Below are positions 28,501-36,902 of a stretch of DNA of 64,000 nt, one piece after another. Position 1 is the first letter of the stretch. Each line of letters starts with the position of its first letter. The position numbers and the translations under genes are program-made. The stretch is taken from positions 1 through 64,000 of the forward strand of contig JANOEP010000035.1 of NCBI GenBank assembly GCA_031441465.1. The letters run 5' to 3'. This DNA is from a bacterium (GTDB lineage Bacteria > Krumholzibacteriota > Krumholzibacteriia > LZORAL124-64-63). The notes below the pieces were generated by a model. It worked only from the letters and a program-made list of their open reading frames with translations. It was not told the origin of the DNA and did no database searches.

Positions 28501-28862
28501 GCACCCTGCCGGTGCCGATCGCCCACGCGGAGGGACGATTCACGCACGAGGACCCGGCGTTCTTCACCCGCCTGCGCGCCGAGGGCCTGCTGGCCTATCG
28601 CTACGCCGCGGCGCAGCCGGACGGGGGAGGCCCGGGCAATCCCAACGGGTCCCTGCTGGCCACCGCGGCGATGACCAACCCCGCGGGCAACGTCCTGGCG
28701 ATGATGCCGCACCCCGAACGGGCGGCCTGGCTGTTCCAGGTGCCCGAGGACCTCGACCACCCCTGGGGTCGGCGGCGGCGGGATCTGATCGGGGACCGCG
28801 GCGCCCAACTGGGGCCCGGCCCGGGCTTGGCGGTTCTGCGACGATTGGTGGAACTCTGCTGA
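25599..28862 (+). CDS. purL: FGAM synthase: small-type PurL fused to PurQ glutaminase
   Basis: WSEHCSYKSS, ESHNHPS, DLGAGG, DCLNFGNP, SGNVSLYN, HDVSDGG; in-frame linker; then PGMNCE, PGGFSY, GICNG, NPNGS, MMPHPER. Confidence 0.92.
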   Translation: MTRDPSFDVVAVAALDDAALVKALRAHALTLSASEARRVRELLGRDPTLTELTLFDTMWSEHCSYKSSRPTLKEFLPTTGSNVIVGPVEDAGIVDFGTVDGVRWGVIIAHESHNHPSQVMPVEGAATGIGGIVRDVYCMGGEVIGVLDPLRFGWPLGEGGAHRLDIAREVVTGIWEYGNALGVPNLGGDVYFHPSFDDNCLVNVVALGLVPADHITHSAVPPQAREETYDLILVGKPTDWSGMGGAAFASATLDADAAMENKGSVQVPDPFLKRVLTVANREVLRLARERGIVVGFKDLGAGGVSCVTSELADAGGFGCDVDLALVHVAGDDVPARVIACSETQERYGLAVPARFTAEVLKIYNEDFALPDLYEGACARRIGTATTDGIYRLRHGDRVLCEAPIATVTCGIAYARAEAPAPPPEPAPARAAEAPDSLIADEWVRLMGHLNAASREHLFRHYDPEVRGATVLRPGEADAGVVAPVPGSVLGVAVSVDGNPLIGLRDPYQAGVRAVIEAARNVACVGGRPAAVTDCLNFGNPEDPEVFHQFREAVRGVGDACRGVTLHARGGEPLPVVSGNVSLYNQSAAGRTVAPSPIIACVGNVADVTLCRSQRLKAAGDRLYLVGLPDDACGATLARESGLVFGRDTLVPADLDAARREIAAVCDLVEAGLLQAAHDVSDGGLAVCLAEMALGPRGRDLLGAVVAVPPACRGLSLREFLYGERGGFVLEVREPDTARVEALLAAAGAAWAPLGEVVDSEALTVRDAAGREVVVALDELELSWREGLTRVLAARDLPDPADRREPAVVADEPAVPVVVVGGARPRIAVLQLPGMNCEDESARALAAAGARPEIFRWTRPAAELADFDGYLVPGGFSYQDRVRAGAVAAKDPLLEALLAADAAGKPILGICNGCQVLVEAGLVPGLARGRVEVALAPNRIPGRRGYFSRWVVLEAVAGSRCRFLDGLPRTLPVPIAHAEGRFTHEDPAFFTRLRAEGLLAYRYAAAQPDGGGPGNPNGSLLATAAMTNPAGNVLAMMPHPERAAWLFQVPEDLDHPWGRRRRDLIGDRGAQLGPGPGLAVLRRLVELC

Positions 28863-28922
28863 TTCCAGAAGGTTGACGGGGCCGGGCGCCGGAGACGGTC
28901 CTTGCCTTAGGAGAGGCGAAGG

Positions 28923-29522
28923 ATGATCATTCAGCATACCTTGATGACCTGCCACAAGGGTGTGGACCTGCACGCGGCCACGGCCGAGCGTGTCATGCGG
29001 CGTCGATTGGACGGCGGTGAGCGCCTCACGGGTCTCGCGCGGGCCGAGATCCACACGTACTGGCAGCACGAAGGCGTGGCGGCGCCCGAATCGGTGGAGC
29101 GGTTGCTGACGGTGGGGCGGTACTTCAACCCCAACAAGCACCACTTCGCCCATTTCGTGTTGCACGGCGCCGGAGAACCCTGGACGGCGGCGCCCGCGCG
29201 CGGCGGACCCTTGCCCGGTCGTTGGCCCGGGGAGGTCGCGGACACGGACCTGCCGGCCGACGGCGGCGACGTGCTCGACCGCCTGCTCGGCGGCCCGCCG
29301 ACGGACGGCACGCTGGTGGTCGATGCCTGCGCCTTCCCGCTGGGGGAGGCGGCGGCGGTGCTCTCCGGGGTGCTGTGGCGCTTGATGCTGGCGCCGGAGA
29401 CACCGGAGCCGGCGGCGGTGGCCGCGCACCTGGTCGAGGCGAAGAGCGCGCGGGAGGGCCTGCTGGTCAACCCGCACATGCAGGGCTGGCTGGCTTCGCC
29501 GGCGCGGGTGCTCCGCGCCTGA
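28923..29522 (+). CDS. Tandem PurS-like protein
   Basis: Lies between purL-Q and purF; two halves end in YFNPNKH and LLVNPHMQ, resembling the PurS LLANPV motif. Confidence 0.55.
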   Translation: MIIQHTLMTCHKGVDLHAATAERVMRRRLDGGERLTGLARAEIHTYWQHEGVAAPESVERLLTVGRYFNPNKHHFAHFVLHGAGEPWTAAPARGGPLPGRWPGEVADTDLPADGGDVLDRLLGGPPTDGTLVVDACAFPLGEAAAVLSGVLWRLMLAPETPEPAAVAAHLVEAKSAREGLLVNPHMQGWLASPARVLRA

Positions 29523-29546
29523 GTTCGCAACGGGACGGGAGTCGAC

Positions 29547-30983
29547 ATGGGTGCGGAAGGGCGCCACTGGCGCGAGGAGTGCGGGGTCGTCGGCGTGGCC
29601 GGGTGTGCCGGCGCCGGCGAGCTGTCGGCGCTCGCGCTGCACGCCCTGCAGCACCGGGGCCAGGAGAGCGCCGGGGTCTCCACGTCGGACGGCCACACCG
29701 TCCGCACGCACCGCGCCATGGGCCTGGTCGCCGACGTCTTCACCGAAGCCGTCGTGAAGTCCCTCGACGGCACCTTCAGCATCGGGCACGTCCGCTATTC
29801 CACCACCGGATCGTCGCAGCTGGAGAACGCGCAGCCGCTGCAGGTCACCTGCCACCGCGGCACGGTGGCCGTGGCCCACAACGGCAACCTGGTCAACGCC
29901 CACCTCCTGCGCCGCGACATGGAGCGGGAGGGCTCGATCTTCTCGACCACCAGCGACACCGAGGTCATCCTGCACCTGATCGCGCGCAGCCGCGCGACGT
30001 CGTTCGAGGATGCCGTCGCCGAGGCGGTCGGGAAGGTCAAGGGCGCCTACTGTCTGCTGGTGCTCTGCCGCGACAAGCTGATCGCCGCGCGGGATCCGCG
30101 CGGGTTCCGGCCGCTCTGCCTGGGGCGGTACCGGGACAGCTATGTCATCGCCTCGGAGAGCTGCGCCTTCGACATCATGGGCGGCACCTACCTGCGGGAC
30201 ATCGAGCCCGGCGAGATGGTCGTCCTGGACGGGAACGGCCTGGTGAGCCGGCGCCTGGCGCCGCGGGGCGAGATCACCCAGTGCGTCTTCGAGCACATCT
30301 ACTTCTCGCGTCCGGACAGCACGATCTTCGGCGTCAGTGTCGACGAGATCCGCCGCCGCTGCGGCGAGATCCTGGGGCAGGAGAGCCCCGCCGACGCCGA
30401 CTTCGTCTGCGCCGTCCCGGACTCCAGCAACACGGCGGCCCTCGGCTATGCCCGGCAGACCGGCCTGCCGTACGAGCTGGCGCTCATCCGCAACCACTAC
30501 GTCGGGCGCACCTTCATCTCGCCGGCCCAGAAGGTCCGGGACATGTCCGTGCGCATCAAGTTCAATCCCGTCCGCCGCTTGATCGAGGGGAAACGCGTCG
30601 TCGTGATCGACGACAGCATCGTCCGCGGCACGACCATGCGGAAGCTCGTGAAGCTCATCCGCGCCGCGGGGGCGGCCGAGGTGCACCTGCGCATCGCCTC
30701 GCCGCCGGTCACGCATCCCTGTTACTACGGCATCGACACGCCCGTGCGCAAGGAGCTCATCGGGAGCAGCCACACGGTGGGCGAGATCGCCACCTACCTG
30801 CGTGTCGATTCCCTGGCCTATCTCTCGCTCGAGGGCCTGCTGCGGGCGACCGGGAACCCGGCGGTGCACTGCTCCGCCTGCTTCACCGGCAACTACCCCG
30901 TGCCCTTCGAGAACGAGTTGAGCAAGGAGATCCTGGATCGCGGCGTCATCACCCCGGAAGTGGGCTCTCCGGGGGCGCGTTGA
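29547..30983 (+). CDS. purF: Amidophosphoribosyltransferase
   Basis: EECGVVG (N-terminal nucleophile Cys after propeptide), LQHRGQESAG, HNGNLVN, VIDDSIVRGTT, CSACF. Confidence 0.96.
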   Translation: MGAEGRHWREECGVVGVAGCAGAGELSALALHALQHRGQESAGVSTSDGHTVRTHRAMGLVADVFTEAVVKSLDGTFSIGHVRYSTTGSSQLENAQPLQVTCHRGTVAVAHNGNLVNAHLLRRDMEREGSIFSTTSDTEVILHLIARSRATSFEDAVAEAVGKVKGAYCLLVLCRDKLIAARDPRGFRPLCLGRYRDSYVIASESCAFDIMGGTYLRDIEPGEMVVLDGNGLVSRRLAPRGEITQCVFEHIYFSRPDSTIFGVSVDEIRRRCGEILGQESPADADFVCAVPDSSNTAALGYARQTGLPYELALIRNHYVGRTFISPAQKVRDMSVRIKFNPVRRLIEGKRVVVIDDSIVRGTTMRKLVKLIRAAGAAEVHLRIASPPVTHPCYYGIDTPVRKELIGSSHTVGEIATYLRVDSLAYLSLEGLLRATGNPAVHCSACFTGNYPVPFENELSKEILDRGVITPEVGSPGAR

Positions 30984-31012
30984 CGCCCGGTCCCGATCGG
31001 AAACGAGGCTCC

Positions 31013-33772
31013 GTGTCCGGACACGCCCAGGGCGGAACCCACCGCCCGGACCCGGCGTACGACGATCCGCAGCGGCTGCGCGCCGTGCTGCGGCGGCGCG
31101 TGCTGCCCCTGGTCTCCCGTCCGGGGCGCTACCTGGGCGGGGAGCTGGGCGCATCGCACAAGGACTGGGACCCGACCCGCGCCAACCTCCTGCTCTCCTA
31201 CCCCGACGCCTACGAGCTGGGCATCTCCAACAACGGCCTGCGTATCCTCTACGCCGCGGTCAACGCGCGCGAGGACGCCTACGCCGACCTCGCGTTCGCG
31301 CCCTGGCCCGACCTCGAGGCGCAGCTGCGCGAGCAGCGCCTGCCCCTGTTCGCGCTGGAATCGGGCCGCTCCGCGCGCTCGTTCGACGTGATCGGCTTCT
31401 CCTTGGGCTACGAACTCTGCCTGACCAACCTGCTGACGATGCTCGACCTGGCGGGTGTGCCGCTGCGCGCCGCCGACCGCGCCGACGGCGACCCGCTGGT
31501 GCTCGTCGGCGGGCACTGCGCCGCCAACCCGTCGGTGATCGGTCCCTTCGCCGACGTCGTGTGCGTGGGCGACGGGGAGGAGGCGCTCCTGGAAGTCGCC
31601 GACGCCGTCCGCGACGGCAAGCGGGCCGGCGAGGACCGCGCCGCGCTGCTGGCCCGGGTCCGCGCGGTCCCCGGCCTGTGGTGGGAGGGCAAGCCCGGCC
31701 GCACCGAGGCGCGCGTCGTGCGCGACTTGAACGCGTTCCCGCCCCCGGCCACGCTGGTGCCGGTGATCGAAGCGGTCCACGACCGCCTGTCCCTGGAGGT
31801 CATGCGGGGCTGCGTGCGGGGCTGCCGCTTTTGCCAGGCCGGGATGATCACCCGGCCGGTGCGGGAGCGGGACGTGGCCCAGGTCGTCGACTGCGCGGTC
31901 ACGGGCGCGCGCGACCTCGGCTGGGAGGAAGTGTCGCTGCTCTCGCTCTCGACCTGCGACTACACGGGTCTGGGCGCGGCGATGGCGGGGATCCTCGAGG
32001 GCATCGGCGACACGCGCACGTCGCTGGAGCTGCCCAGCCTGCGCGTCGACGCCCTGGACGAGGGGCTTTACGGCCTGGTCCAGCAGGAGCGGCCCTCGTC
32101 CTTCACCTTCGCGCCCGAGGCCGGCAGCCAGCGCCTGCGCGACGTGGTCAACAAGAACGTCACCGAACAGGACGTCATGACCAGCGTGCGGCGCGCCTTC
32201 GCCGCCGGCGCCAAGAAGATCAAGCTCTACTTCATGACGGGCCTGCCCACCGAGACCGACGAGGATCTGCTCGCCGCGGTGGAGCTGGTGGAGAAGGTGG
32301 TGGCCGCGGCGCCGCGCGGCGGGGCGCAGGTCACCGCTTCGTTCTCGCCCTTCGCGCCGAAGGCGCACACGCCGTTCCAGTGGGCCGGCCAGGTGTCCCG
32401 GCTCGAGATGGGCCGGCGCAACGAGCTGCTGGCGAGCCGGCTGCGCGGCAGCCGCATCAAGCTCAGCCTGCGCGACCCCGACGTGTCCTGGCTGGAGGGC
32501 GTGCTGGGTCTCGGCGACGCCGCCGTGGCCGAGGTCGTGGAGCGGGCCTGGCGCCTGGGCGCCCGCTTCGACGGTTGGGACGAGATGTTCCACGCCGGGC
32601 GGTGGGAGCAGGCCTTCGCCGAGGCGGGCGTCGATCCGGACTCCTACCTCGCGCCCCGCGATCCGGTCGCGCCGCTGCCCTGGGACGGCGTCTTCGCGCA
32701 GGTGGACCGCGATTTCCTGCGCCGCGACTGGGAGCTGGCGCAGGCCGGCGCCACGGTGCGGGATTGCCGCCTCGAGGGCGGCTGCGAGCAGTGCGAGGCC
32801 TGCGGCCCCGGCCTGGTCCACGTGTTTGCTGAACAGCCCGACGGGTCGCGCGCACAGCGCGGGCAGGTCGCGGCCCCGGCGACGTCGCCGCTCGAAGTCG
32901 CGGCGGCGCCGGCCGCCGTCGTTTCCCTGTTCGATCCCCGCAACGCCGATCCGGCGGACCCGCGCCGCGAGCGCCCGCAGTGGCGCAAGTGGCGCGAGCG
33001 GGCGTCCGAGAAGTGCTGGTTCCGGGCGAGCTATGCCAAGGACGGCGATGCCGTCTGGCTGGGCCACCTCGACTTCCAGCGCCTGCTGCAGATGGCCCTG
33101 CGCCGCTCCGCCCTGCCGGTGGCGTACAGCCAGGGCTTCCACCCTCACCTGCTGATCAAGTTCGGCCCGCCCCTGCCGGTGGGCGTGGCCGGCGACGACG
33201 AGCTGCTGGACCTCGCCCTGCTGCACGATGTGCACGACTGGGTGCCGCAGCTGAACCGGCAGTTGCCCCCGACGATCCGCTTGCTGGCGGCCGAGCCCAT
33301 GGGGCCGGTCGTGCCGGAGTCGATCGAGCAGGGGGTCGACCGCAGCGACTACCGGGCCCTGTTGCCGCCGCCGGCCGACGGCGGGCCTTCCGTGGCGACT
33401 TTACGCCGGCTGGCCGGGGAGTTCCTGGCCGCGTCGAGCCGCACCGTCGTGCGCCAGCGTCCCAAGGGGGACGTGGCGGTGGACGTGCGCCCGCTGCTGT
33501 GCGAGGACCGCCTCGCGGTGGCGGAGACTCCCGGTCCCGACGGCGGGGCCGCCCTGACCTTTTCCCTGCAGCGCCTCCCGGCTCAGCCCGGGCTGCCTGC
33601 CCATGATTTCCTCGCGGCCCTCTGCGGCGACGCGCTTCCGGAACCCCGACATGCCGAGTTGCGGCGCACGGCCCTGCTGATGCGCCGGCCGGACGGGTCC
33701 TGGGCCTCGCCGCTCGACGGTGTCCGCGAACATAACCAGCGGTTCTGGTTGCAGCGTCACTTGACGGCCTGA
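31013..33772 (+). CDS. B12-binding radical SAM protein (TIGR03960-like) fused to radical SAM-linked domain (TIGR03936/DUF2344-like)
   Basis: RPGRYLGGE, YPDAYELG, RGCVRGCRFCQAG, FAPEAGSQRLR, PKAHTPFQW; then WLGHLD...YSQGFHPH; start GTG 31013 or TTG 30980. Confidence 0.88.
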   Translation: MSGHAQGGTHRPDPAYDDPQRLRAVLRRRVLPLVSRPGRYLGGELGASHKDWDPTRANLLLSYPDAYELGISNNGLRILYAAVNAREDAYADLAFAPWPDLEAQLREQRLPLFALESGRSARSFDVIGFSLGYELCLTNLLTMLDLAGVPLRAADRADGDPLVLVGGHCAANPSVIGPFADVVCVGDGEEALLEVADAVRDGKRAGEDRAALLARVRAVPGLWWEGKPGRTEARVVRDLNAFPPPATLVPVIEAVHDRLSLEVMRGCVRGCRFCQAGMITRPVRERDVAQVVDCAVTGARDLGWEEVSLLSLSTCDYTGLGAAMAGILEGIGDTRTSLELPSLRVDALDEGLYGLVQQERPSSFTFAPEAGSQRLRDVVNKNVTEQDVMTSVRRAFAAGAKKIKLYFMTGLPTETDEDLLAAVELVEKVVAAAPRGGAQVTASFSPFAPKAHTPFQWAGQVSRLEMGRRNELLASRLRGSRIKLSLRDPDVSWLEGVLGLGDAAVAEVVERAWRLGARFDGWDEMFHAGRWEQAFAEAGVDPDSYLAPRDPVAPLPWDGVFAQVDRDFLRRDWELAQAGATVRDCRLEGGCEQCEACGPGLVHVFAEQPDGSRAQRGQVAAPATSPLEVAAAPAAVVSLFDPRNADPADPRRERPQWRKWRERASEKCWFRASYAKDGDAVWLGHLDFQRLLQMALRRSALPVAYSQGFHPHLLIKFGPPLPVGVAGDDELLDLALLHDVHDWVPQLNRQLPPTIRLLAAEPMGPVVPESIEQGVDRSDYRALLPPPADGGPSVATLRRLAGEFLAASSRTVVRQRPKGDVAVDVRPLLCEDRLAVAETPGPDGGAALTFSLQRLPAQPGLPAHDFLAALCGDALPEPRHAELRRTALLMRRPDGSWASPLDGVREHNQRFWLQRHLTA

Positions 33773-33797
33773 ACCGCCCACAGACGGGAATACCGAC

Positions 33798-35855
33798 ATG
33801 CGCAAGGACATCATCATCAACTCGAATCCCCACGAGATCCGCATCGGCATCCGCGAGGACGGCGAGCTGGTCGAGCTGCTCATCGAGCGCGCCGACAGCA
33901 AGCGGATCGTGGGCAACCTCTACCGCGGGATCGTCACGTCGGTGAAGCCGGGCCTGCAGGCGGCCTTCGTCGACATCGGGCTGGAGCGGGCGGGTTTCCT
34001 GCACGCCTCGGACCTGGTGCACGAGGACCCCGAATCGGTCGAGGCGGTCGACGGGCCGCTGCCCGCCGGCGGCGGCCGCAGCGGGCGCAACGCCCAGGTC
34101 CCCGACATCGGCGACATGCTGAAGGTCGGCGACAAGATCCTGGTCCAGGTCACCAAGGAACCCATCAGCAGCAAGGGCCCGCGCCTGACCGCCGACATCA
34201 GCCTGCCGGGCCGCTTCCTGGTCTACATGCCCAAGGGCCACCACGTCGGCGTCTCGCGCAAGATCGAGGACCGGCACGAGCGCGTGCGCCTGAAGCGCAT
34301 CCTCCAGGAAGCCCGCCCCGACGCCGGCGCCTTCATCGTCCGCACCGCGGCGGAGGAGGCCGACGAGAAGGCCATCCGCGCCGACGTCAAGTACCTGTCG
34401 GACCTGTGGCTGACGGTCGAGGCCGCCGACCGCGAGGCCCAGGCGCCGTCGCTGGTCCACGAGGACGTGGGCATGGTCGTGGGACTGATCCGCGACATCT
34501 TCAAGGAGGACGTCGACCAGCTCGTCATCGACGACAAGGACGACTACAAGCGCCTCCAGAAGTACGTGCAGATCTTCGCCCCGGAGATCAAGGACCGCGT
34601 CCGGCTGCACCGCGACGCCTCGGCCATCTTCGACCACTACGACATCGAGCAGGAGATCCGCAAGAGCACCGAGCCCAAGGTCTGGATGAAGAAGGGCGGC
34701 TACATCGTCATCGAGCAGACCGAGGCGCTGGTCTCGATCGACGTGAACACCGGCCGCTTCGTCGGCCGCCACAACCAGGAAGACACGATCGTCGAGACCA
34801 ATCTGCTGGCCGCCCGCGAGGTGGCCCGCCAGCTGCGCCTGCGCGACATCGGCGGCATCATCGTGGTCGACTTCATCGACATGGAGTCCGAGGGGAACAA
34901 GAAGCGCGTGCTGAACGAGCTGCGCAACGCCCTGAAGAACGACCGCGCACGCACCAAGGTCTTCCCGGTCAGCAACCTGGGCTTGGCCGAGATGAGCCGC
35001 CAGCGCGTCCGCCCGTCGCTGGTGTCGTTCCTGAGCGACGACTGCCCCTACTGCCACGGCGCCGGCAAGGTGCTCAGCCTCGAGACGCTCGCCAACCGCA
35101 TCGAGCGCGAGGTGCACCGCGTGCACCACAAGACGGGAGAGAAGCAGCTGCAGATCGTGGCCAACCCCATGCTGGTCCTCTACCTGACCAGCGAGCGCTC
35201 CGACCAGCTGGACGACCTGTGCCGCGAGCACGACATGATCATCGACGTGACCGACGACCCCGGCCTGCACCGCGAGAACTACCAGGTGCTGTCCCTGAAG
35301 TCGGACCGCGATCTGATCCAGGAGGCCGAGAAGCGCTTCCTGCCGCGCGGACGCGGCAACCGCGGCCATGCCGCGGCCCAGACGACGGGTCCCGGGAGGG
35401 ACCGTTTCGACCGCACGGAGCGCCCGGCGCGCCCCGACCGCAACGAGCGGCCGGACCGCAACGAACATCCCGATCGCAACGATCGTCCGGACCGGTCCGA
35501 CCTCCAGGATCAGTTCGACGGACCGGACCGGCCGGATCACGAAGAGCTTGCCGATCGGGCCGAAGTTCAGCGCGAGCGCGACGCCGAGCCGCGGCGGCGC
35601 CCGGCCGGGCCGCCCCGAGCGCGCCCGGAATACCGCCGACCGCGAGCCGCCGAGAGCGCTGAAAGCCGCAACACCGGTGGGGGTCGCGTGAGCGAGGCGC
35701 GCGACGGCGCTCCGGCCGACGACGGCGCGGACACCTCCCCGCGGCCGCGCCGACGCGGCCGTCGCGGCGGGCGGCGCCGTTCGACCAGGCCCGGGGGCGA
35801 GGGCGAGTCCGGGGGCGACAACGGGTTCGCCGGTGGGGGCGCCTCCGCCGAGTAG
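33798..35855 (+). CDS. Ribonuclease E/G family
   Basis: GLQAAFVDIG, KGPRLT, IDVNTGRF, LRLRDIGGIIVVDFIDM, CPYCHG Zn-link; disordered charged tail. Confidence 0.95.
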   Translation: MRKDIIINSNPHEIRIGIREDGELVELLIERADSKRIVGNLYRGIVTSVKPGLQAAFVDIGLERAGFLHASDLVHEDPESVEAVDGPLPAGGGRSGRNAQVPDIGDMLKVGDKILVQVTKEPISSKGPRLTADISLPGRFLVYMPKGHHVGVSRKIEDRHERVRLKRILQEARPDAGAFIVRTAAEEADEKAIRADVKYLSDLWLTVEAADREAQAPSLVHEDVGMVVGLIRDIFKEDVDQLVIDDKDDYKRLQKYVQIFAPEIKDRVRLHRDASAIFDHYDIEQEIRKSTEPKVWMKKGGYIVIEQTEALVSIDVNTGRFVGRHNQEDTIVETNLLAAREVARQLRLRDIGGIIVVDFIDMESEGNKKRVLNELRNALKNDRARTKVFPVSNLGLAEMSRQRVRPSLVSFLSDDCPYCHGAGKVLSLETLANRIEREVHRVHHKTGEKQLQIVANPMLVLYLTSERSDQLDDLCREHDMIIDVTDDPGLHRENYQVLSLKSDRDLIQEAEKRFLPRGRGNRGHAAAQTTGPGRDRFDRTERPARPDRNERPDRNEHPDRNDRPDRSDLQDQFDGPDRPDHEELADRAEVQRERDAEPRRRPAGPPRARPEYRRPRAAESAESRNTGGGRVSEARDGAPADDGADTSPRPRRRGRRGGRRRSTRPGGEGESGGDNGFAGGGASAE
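35400..35545 (+). repeat. Degenerate coding tandem repeat (ERPDRN-like units) in the RNase E/G tail
   Basis: DRFDRTERPARPDRNERPDRNEHPDRNDRPDRSD; 9/18-nt periodicity. Confidence 0.7.
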
Positions 35856-35895
35856 CCGCGACGAGCGGCGGGCGGACAATCAGCGGAACGGAAGA

Positions 35896-36855
35896 TCAGC
35901 GGGGCGGCGTCGGTGCGATGCCGCCCCGCAACTGCAGGCGGGCCAGACGCTGGAAATTGTCGGCGAGCGCCGTGTGGCGCGCCCGGCCCGGTCCCGGCCG
36001 CGCGGCCAGCAGGCGGCGGGCCGCGCACTTCAGGCCATACTCCAGGCCCATGGCCGCGCGGAACAGCGGCACCTGCCAAGCACCGCGATGCTTCGCCACG
36101 AACAGCCGGTAGGAATGTTGGAACTGCGCCAGCGCGAAGTCGCTGACCCGGGCCGCGGCGCGTCCTTCCAGGTGGACGACCTCGACGCCGGCGACGTGGT
36201 AGACGTCCCACCCCTTCTGCGCGGCGCGGGCGCACCAGTCGGTCTCCTCGAAATACAGGAAGAACCGTTCGTCGAGCGGCCCCACGTCGTCGAGCGCGTC
36301 CGCGGCGATCATCATGCAGGCGCCGGCGACGTAGCCGACTTTCCGTGTCCCGTCGCGCCGGTCCGGAATCCGGGCGAACGTCGCCCGGCGCAGGCAGGGC
36401 GGCCAGCGGCGCCGGTGGGGTCCCAGCAGTTCCAGCAGGTGGTAGCGCAGGGCCGGCAGGTTGCCGTAGGTGATCGTGATCCCGCCGTCGGCGTCGGTCA
36501 GCGTAGGGCCGACCGCGGCCGCACGCGGCGTCGCGACGAGGAAGGCGTGCAACGCCGCGAGCGATCCGGGACGGCAGATCGTGTCCGGGTTCAGCAGCAG
36601 GACCGCCGAACCCTCCACCCGCCCGAGCACGAGGTTGTTGGCGGCCGCGAACCCCAGATTGCGGCCCGCGTCCACGAGGTCCACCCAGGGGAATTCGCGG
36701 CGGACGAACTCGACCGAGCCGTCCGACGACCCGTTGTCCACGACGTAGGTTTTCGCGGGCAAGTCGACCAGGGCGGCCTCCAGGGAAGCCAGGCACGGGC
36801 CGAGCAGGTCGCGCGTGTTCCAGTTGACGATGATGATCGACAGGGCTGGTGTCAT
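35896..36855 (-). CDS. Glycosyltransferase family 2 (WbbL-like)
   Basis: SIIIVNWNT, VVDNGSSDGS, NLGFAAANN, LLLNPD, DERFFLYFEETDWC. Confidence 0.92.
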   Translation of the reverse strand: MTPALSIIIVNWNTRDLLGPCLASLEAALVDLPAKTYVVDNGSSDGSVEFVRREFPWVDLVDAGRNLGFAAANNLVLGRVEGSAVLLLNPDTICRPGSLAALHAFLVATPRAAAVGPTLTDADGGITITYGNLPALRYHLLELLGPHRRRWPPCLRRATFARIPDRRDGTRKVGYVAGACMMIAADALDDVGPLDERFFLYFEETDWCARAAQKGWDVYHVAGVEVVHLEGRAAARVSDFALAQFQHSYRLFVAKHRGAWQVPLFRAAMGLEYGLKCAARRLLAARPGPGRARHTALADNFQRLARLQLRGGIAPTPPR

Positions 36856-36902
36856 GGTCCGCGCCTGAACTGCACCTGGTCGCGCATACTCCTGGGACCT
36901 CC

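Noticed and set aside
29222..31012. Apparent long N-terminal extension of the radical SAM protein
   Set aside because: Alternative frame over the PurS-like gene and purF; family homology starts only after ~31050.
25395..31154. 1919-aa minus-strand ORF
   Set aside because: Antisense shadow of purL-Q/purS/purF; stop-poor frame from high-GC codon bias, no protein motifs.
35400..35545. Possible CRISPR-like repeat
   Set aside because: Short degenerate in-frame coding repeats with no spacers and no cas genes.
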